Shown here in pieces: positions 23,686 through 28,450 of a stretch of 28,450 nucleotides of DNA (the first letter of the stretch is position 1; each line of letters begins with the position of its first letter). This stretch comes from a virus (lineage: Duplodnaviria; Caudoviricetes), in IMG/VR virus record IMGVR_UViG_3300032116_001031, positions 1-28,450 of that record. One strand, 5' to 3'. The notes below the pieces were generated by a model. It was not told the origin of the DNA. It searched no databases and was given only the letters and a program-made list of their open reading frames with translations. Made by a program: the position numbers and the translations under genes.

Positions 23686-24878
23686 TATGGTTGTGGCTCC
23701 TGTCCTATTGTGCCGATGTTTAGTGGCTTCCAGTATTCATCGCCGTCTGGTCCAATCCCTGTCCTATCCTCCAGGGCGCGCACCTCGTTGATGCTCAGGA
23801 ACCCGTTGTTCAGCGCCGTCGCGTAGGAGTTGTAGCGCTCCTGCGTTGTTGCGCGGAGGAGCCCGTCAACATTGAACTTCAGGAATGTGCGCTCAGCGCC
23901 TGGAACCAGCCGTTGGAATGCCGCCTCAAGTCGCGCTACGAGTGGGCCCAATCCGAGGCGGAGCCATTCGATGCTGATGACTTCCACGCTGGCGTATGAC
24001 GAGTTGCCTCCAGGATACTGGAGCAGGTGCAGCGGCACGCCGTAGATGCGCGCGATTGCCTCAACGCCATAGTGCATTGTCTCCACGAGTTGCAGGTCAG
24101 CAATCTTGACGCTCATCTGCGAGTAGTCAGCGCCGCCCGTCAGGACTGCTACGCGCCACGCCCGGTCCACGCCCTCGTGCCTGCGCGCAAAACTATCTCG
24201 GAGCGTCTGCGCTTGTTCCTGCGTCAACTCTCCTGGAACCTTGACCACGCCGCCCACCGTTGCGCCCTGCTCATAGAACTTAGCGCCAAAGAGTTGCGTC
24301 GCAGAGGCAAGTCCAAGCGTGACGCGGTGGTGCTCTACGGGATTCAGTCCACGCTGATTCTCTCCTGTCGCAAACAGCGGGATGTGCACGATGGAGTCAG
24401 CACCGAGTGTCGATGTGCCCTCTCGCGTGGTCACCTTGTATACGGGCTCACCCATTGGTCCAGAGAGAATCTCCACCTTCTGCGGGTCAAGCACTCGTGT
24501 TTCAACGACATTGTCGGAGGAGTCGCGTAGCGCCAGGATGAATGCGTTGCCGTCAAGTAGCAGGCTGCTGACCACTCGGTGCTTGAAGTCAAAGGATGTG
24601 CGGTTGGGATTGTTAGGCTCGGGAACATCCATCCATCGTGGTCGTGGTCGGTATGGTCTGCGCTGCCCATCCACCCTGATGTATGTATCCCACGGCAACG
24701 AGGCAATCGTGTCTGCATACAACTTGACGGCTGCATACAACGCGCCAATGCTTGTCGCATTCTCCTCGTTGATGTGAACCCCTGCTGTTTTTTGTGGCAA
24801 GTCGGATGGCCACCACGGTGATACCACTCGCTGCTCCTCGGTTTGTTCACGCCCCAGGATGCGGTCAATGATTCCCAT
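23685..24878 (-). CDS. Portal protein, HK97 family
   Basis: IASLP, LLLDGNAF, IARIYGVPLHLL, SINEVRALE. Confidence 0.95.
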   Translation of the reverse strand: MGIIDRILGREQTEEQRVVSPWWPSDLPQKTAGVHINEENATSIGALYAAVKLYADTIASLPWDTYIRVDGQRRPYRPRPRWMDVPEPNNPNRTSFDFKHRVVSSLLLDGNAFILALRDSSDNVVETRVLDPQKVEILSGPMGEPVYKVTTREGTSTLGADSIVHIPLFATGENQRGLNPVEHHRVTLGLASATQLFGAKFYEQGATVGGVVKVPGELTQEQAQTLRDSFARRHEGVDRAWRVAVLTGGADYSQMSVKIADLQLVETMHYGVEAIARIYGVPLHLLQYPGGNSSYASVEVISIEWLRLGLGPLVARLEAAFQRLVPGAERTFLKFNVDGLLRATTQERYNSYATALNNGFLSINEVRALEDRTGIGPDGDEYWKPLNIGTIGQEPQP

Positions 24879-24887
24879 CTGCTCTCC

Positions 24888-26399
24888 TTACAACTCAATC
24901 AACTGCACCGCAGCCGCAGGCTTGGGGCCCACCGCTGTGGAGAGTGTACCAGCACGACTGTGTGCCATTATCGCTGCCACGAATAAGTCAATGCGCTTGA
25001 GGCTATTCCGCGCCTCCTTGCGAACCATCAGCCCGTTGCGTGAATAGTATGGCGTGGCATTTCCTGCGTGCCGCGCAAGTCGTGGGTCACCGTCGTGCTT
25101 GATGCTCCCATTCACCACGGCATCATACATCGCGCTTGTTGCTGGCACCATACGGGATGGTGTCTGCGGGAACTCCACGACGGGCAAGCCCATCTGTTGC
25201 CACGCCTCCATCGAGCGCTGCCACCTAAACGGGTCGCAGACAATCTCGCGCACATCGTGGGACAAACAAATGCCAGTCATCGCAGCCTCCACCTCCTCTA
25301 CTGGTACGCGCCAAGTGAGCGCATCGTCCAGTCCACGCTCCCAATGTCCTAGCACGAACAGCGCCTTGTCGCTGATACGACACGCCACGATTGCGGTGGA
25401 GTCGTTGCTGAATGAGCCGTCAAAGCCAATGACGATGGGGTCAGCCTTGTCCAGTTTAAGTGTCTTGTCCTCCAGCGCCTCCCAGGAGCCCTGCGGCAAG
25501 AATGACTCGCTGCTCGTCACCCAACGATTCAGGCGCTTGGTTTCATACTCGTCACGCGGCAAGGAGCGCGCAGCGGCGGCAAAGTCCTCTGGGTCAAGGA
25601 AGTCACCATAGGCTGGATTGGCTGCGGCTGCCGCCTCTGGTGTATTCCATTCGACATCCTCCGGCGCAGCAAACCACCTGAAGTAAAAAGTGGGGTCATC
25701 CACTTCGCCACTCTTGATGCGCTGCCCGTATTGCCAGAGGGTGTAGCAGAGGCTGAACTCTCCACGGCTGTTCATCTTGGCTCCAGCCGTTGAGATGCCG
25801 AGCACTAGCGGATTGCGTCGTGCGCCCGAGCCCAGGTTCACGGTTGCCCATAGTTTGTCATCGGGCTGAATGTGCACCTCGTCAAAGATGACGGTGCTGA
25901 AGTTGTACCCCTCTGCGCGTGAAGCATCGGCTGATAGCACGCGCAGCACGCTGCCTGTTTCTGGGTACTCAATCACATCCCTGAGGGTGTGAAGTTTGCG
26001 CGAGAGAATCGGGTCAAGTTCCACCATCCTGGCGCACTCTCGGAACACGATGCGCGCCTGAGCCCGGTCACCCGCAACGATGGCAACCTCAGCGCCCACC
26101 TCGGTGAACAACGAATACAACGCAATGCCCGATGCCAGGATGCTCTTGCCATTCTTGCGTGGCATCATCAGGAGCCCGCGCCGATACCTGCGCCGTCCAT
26201 CCTTGCGCAACTCAAAGATGTCGTTGAGAATCTCCTTCTGCCACGGGCGCAGTTGCATTAACTGACCAGCGCCGTCACCTTTGCTTAATCGGCAGAATGA
26301 TTCTATGAACTCCGCAACCAGTGGCCCCTCTGACTTAGGCGCGGCGCGCCGCCTTGATGATGGCTTCAAGTTTGGCTGTGGCGCTGTTTGCTTGTCCAT
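24888..26399 (-). CDS. terL: Terminase large subunit
   Basis: LRPWQ, PRKNGKS Walker A, IFDEVH Walker B, GFDGSFSND nuclease motif, RIDLFVA. Confidence 0.97.
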   Translation of the reverse strand: MDKQTAPQPNLKPSSRRRAAPKSEGPLVAEFIESFCRLSKGDGAGQLMQLRPWQKEILNDIFELRKDGRRRYRRGLLMMPRKNGKSILASGIALYSLFTEVGAEVAIVAGDRAQARIVFRECARMVELDPILSRKLHTLRDVIEYPETGSVLRVLSADASRAEGYNFSTVIFDEVHIQPDDKLWATVNLGSGARRNPLVLGISTAGAKMNSRGEFSLCYTLWQYGQRIKSGEVDDPTFYFRWFAAPEDVEWNTPEAAAAANPAYGDFLDPEDFAAAARSLPRDEYETKRLNRWVTSSESFLPQGSWEALEDKTLKLDKADPIVIGFDGSFSNDSTAIVACRISDKALFVLGHWERGLDDALTWRVPVEEVEAAMTGICLSHDVREIVCDPFRWQRSMEAWQQMGLPVVEFPQTPSRMVPATSAMYDAVVNGSIKHDGDPRLARHAGNATPYYSRNGLMVRKEARNSLKRIDLFVAAIMAHSRAGTLSTAVGPKPAAAVQLIEL

Positions 26400-26820
26400 C
26401 GATGTCTCCTCTCAAACCAACTCGTGCCGCTGGAGTCAGCCCTAACTCACGCGCATACTTCTTGACGGCATCTGCGTTGTCCCGAACAATCTGGTGGAGT
26501 GGATTCTTGACGAACTCTCCGCCACGCCCCTTGATGAGTGGGCCAGTCTTGTTCAGCATACTCTCTGCCTCCAGGTAGCGTGCGAGCGCCTCACAGTACA
26601 ACCGCAGTAAGTCCTTGTCTGCTGAGGTCAGGACACCCGTTGGGCCCAATGCGTCAATGACCCTCTCCCAGATAGCACGAGCATCGTCACGCAGGTCAGG
26701 CGGAGGCGTAAGTAGGCCACCTGCTGGGATTGGCTCGGCATAGTTGATGACGCTCGGGCGTGTTTCGCCAGCAAGAATCTTGAGCCTGGTTGGCTTTGGC
26801 GCTGGCCCTCGTGTGCCCAT
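26335..26820 (-). CDS. terS: Terminase small subunit, P27 family
   Basis: GPAPKPT, YCEA, KNPL, ELGLTPAAR. Confidence 0.93.
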   Translation of the reverse strand: MGTRGPAPKPTRLKILAGETRPSVINYAEPIPAGGLLTPPPDLRDDARAIWERVIDALGPTGVLTSADKDLLRLYCEALARYLEAESMLNKTGPLIKGRGGEFVKNPLHQIVRDNADAVKKYARELGLTPAARVGLRGDIDGQANSATAKLEAIIKAARRA

Positions 26821-26823
26821 CGC

Positions 26824-27711
26824 TCACTCTCCTTGCTTCTGTTCGTCATCCTCATAGCGCATCCCGTACTCGTTGGGCTCCGCTGGAATGCTGAGCCCTG
26901 GTTTGCGTCGCAACTTATTGCGCTTGAATGGAGTGTAGTCGACATAGTGATGCCATCTCCCAAAGCGCCAGACAATCTTTGACACATCTGGGTGTAAGTC
27001 CACCTGCATCTTGGACTTAGGCAGCGTGCCTTCTTTGGCGTAGAACTCTGCGGTGTTCCCACCCTTGACTGTCTGCGTGCGGAGTTTCATTTGCAGGAAT
27101 GCGTTGAACTGTACCGTGCACCAACCATCTTTGAGCATTCGCAGGCTCAGGTCGGTGTCCTCGTTGTATCTGCCGCGCCACCGATACGGCACATCATTCC
27201 TGATGAGGTTGCACGAGTAGATGCGGGTGTTCAGGGCAAAGGGTGGCTGCTTGCTCTTGCGACTCGCAAACATAAAGTAGTTGGGCCCACTCATTGCCAC
27301 ATTGTCGTAGCGGTCAACGAAGTCCTCCATCGCAGCGAAGATGGCGCCAGTCTTGGCTGGCACCTTGAAGTTGCGGTTGAGCCTAAAGAATCCGTCAATG
27401 TTGTCATCCATCACCCAGTGGCTTGTTGCCCCGGACTTGATGGCGTGGTCCCACGCAAAGTTGCGCGCTGGACCTGGCCCCTTGCTCTTAGTCATTCCGA
27501 GGTCATCGCAGGGGTCATAATCAACCTGGTACTGCTTGTCAAGAACTAGCAGCGTCGCAGACGAGTCCACTTGCCGCGCATACTCATCGTGCTCCTGCTC
27601 CTCAACAACGATGTAGTGCGGCACGCCCATCTCGTGCAACGAGCGACTCGTCAGGCGAGAGTCTGCTCTGCCTTTGCTGACGATGTATAGCGGGTGCTTA
27701 GGATTTGTCAT
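26824..27711 (-). CDS. GT-A fold TET-associated (TAGT)/GREB1-like glycosyltransferase
   Basis: YIVSKGR, ARNFAWD, WVMDDNI (DxD-like), NEDTDLSLR, KGGNT. Start is 27711 or 27717. Confidence 0.8.
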   Translation of the reverse strand: MTNPKHPLYIVSKGRADSRLTSRSLHEMGVPHYIVVEEQEHDEYARQVDSSATLLVLDKQYQVDYDPCDDLGMTKSKGPGPARNFAWDHAIKSGATSHWVMDDNIDGFFRLNRNFKVPAKTGAIFAAMEDFVDRYDNVAMSGPNYFMFASRKSKQPPFALNTRIYSCNLIRNDVPYRWRGRYNEDTDLSLRMLKDGWCTVQFNAFLQMKLRTQTVKGGNTAEFYAKEGTLPKSKMQVDLHPDVSKIVWRFGRWHHYVDYTPFKRNKLRRKPGLSIPAEPNEYGMRYEDDEQKQGE

Positions 27712-28342
27712 CGACATAACGCTTGGTGACCAGTCTGCCAATCTCTGCCTCTGGGAACCAGATGCTGCGAGTCTTGGGGGTCAGCGTTTGTCCAACCAAC
27801 TTGGAGAATGCTTCCAAGTCCTCTGGCGTATTGAAGTGGACGATGACTTGCTTCCACGAAGTCTGGTCATCCTGCGTGAACTCTGGCATCCCAGCCCACT
27901 CTGCGAGGCGCTCGGTGGCTGACATTCCGCTGCCGTCGTTGCCGAGATTGCTGAGGACATTTGTCAACTCTGCCGAGTCCGTGGACACCTCCGCCAATAG
28001 TTCAGCGAGTTTCTCCTTGTCTGTTCCAGCGAGTGCAGCCAACGGGTCAAGCGTCGCAAGCACCAGCGCCTCCTCCTCTGGACTCAAGTCGACATACGCC
28101 ACTGGGATTGTTGCGGCATCCTCTCTGAGCGCAAGGCTGACGCGCATATGCCCGTCCACCAGATGACCCGTCCTGCGGTTGACGATGACTGACTGCACCC
28201 AGCCCACCTGGTCTAGTACGCCTTTCATCGCATCCTGCTGTGCCTTTGGATGGATGCGCCAGTTCGCTGGGTTTGCGAGCAACTGGTCCGGAGCCTCCTC
28301 ACCGTGTCCAACGATGCGTGACTTGAAGTCAATGCCTGACAT
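27698..28342 (-). CDS. ParB/Srx N-terminal domain protein
   Basis: NPANWRIHP, GWVQSVIV, LVDGHMRV. Start MSGIDF at 28342 after CAGGAGG. Confidence 0.85.
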   Translation of the reverse strand: MSGIDFKSRIVGHGEEAPDQLLANPANWRIHPKAQQDAMKGVLDQVGWVQSVIVNRRTGHLVDGHMRVSLALREDAATIPVAYVDLSPEEEALVLATLDPLAALAGTDKEKLAELLAEVSTDSAELTNVLSNLGNDGSGMSATERLAEWAGMPEFTQDDQTSWKQVIVHFNTPEDLEAFSKLVGQTLTPKTRSIWFPEAEIGRLVTKRYVDDKS

Positions 28343-28382
28343 TATTCCCTCCTGCTTTGGGCCCACTGCTCGGGCTCGTCTG

Positions 28383-28411
28383 ATGGTAGCACCAACCAGA
28401 ACCCATCGCAA
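28383..28411 (-). promoter_or_regulatory. Predicted promoter for the ParB-TAGT-terminase operon
   Basis: TTGCGA (28406-28411), 17-bp spacer, extended TGn-TACCAT (28383-28388). Confidence 0.6.
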
Positions 28412-28450
28412 AACCAAAACCAAACAACCTCTCCGCGTGTACGCGGGACA

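Larger units (their letters stand above)
1..28450 (-). mobile_element. Tailed dsDNA bacteriophage genome (HK97-like head, non-contractile tail), apparently near complete
   Basis: Full terminase-portal-protease-capsid-tail-lysis-recombination gene set, all co-oriented. HNH lies near one end and terS near the other. No host housekeeping genes. Confidence 0.95.

Noticed and set aside
258-28166. Many long plus-strand ORFs (e.g. 258-1073, 15821-16438, 21725-22429, 22484-23209, 25054-25611)
   Set aside because: They are antisense shadows of well-supported minus-strand genes in GC-rich DNA, with no motifs or RBS.
27698-28342. ParB as a plasmid-prophage partition system
   Set aside because: No ParA or parS array is visible, and its context with a glycosyltransferase and terminase fits the modification/packaging-associated class.
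1-28450. CRISPR array, introns/inteins or alternative genetic code
   Set aside because: No spaced direct repeats, core genes are of normal length and uninterrupted, and all three stop codons end genes with dense standard-code coding.

Overview
The window looks like a complete or nearly complete small (~28.4 kb), GC-rich, HK97-type siphophage genome. All credible genes are on the minus strand and many are translationally coupled. Read from the right end, the order is: ParB-like protein, TAGT/GREB1-like glycosyltransferase, terminase small and large subunits, portal, HAD-phosphatase/prohead-protease fusion, major capsid, neck and tail genes (with a -1 frameshift chaperone pair), a short tape measure, tail tip and fibre, a lysis cassette, a metallophosphoesterase operon, early genes (YqaJ exonuclease, Sak/Rad52 annealase, replication initiator-like protein, dNMP kinase, resolvase-like nuclease, DPBB/RlpA-like protein), an HEXXH protein, an HNH endonuclease and a GT4 glycosyltransferase. 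I see no integrase, repressor, DNA polymerase, primase or helicase. The most striking unannotated element is an 85-nt intergenic RNA (2009-2093, minus). It has an alanine-type acceptor stem (G3-U70, A73, encoded CCA) and a T-arm but no D-stem or canonical anticodon arm, so it resembles a stand-alone tmRNA tRNA-like domain with no message region. Also notable: two glycosyltransferases plus ParB flanking the presumed cos junction with no visible base-hydroxylating enzyme, a phosphatase fused to the capsid maturation protease, and an apparent total absence of GATC. All calls are by-eye motif recognition; no searches were run.
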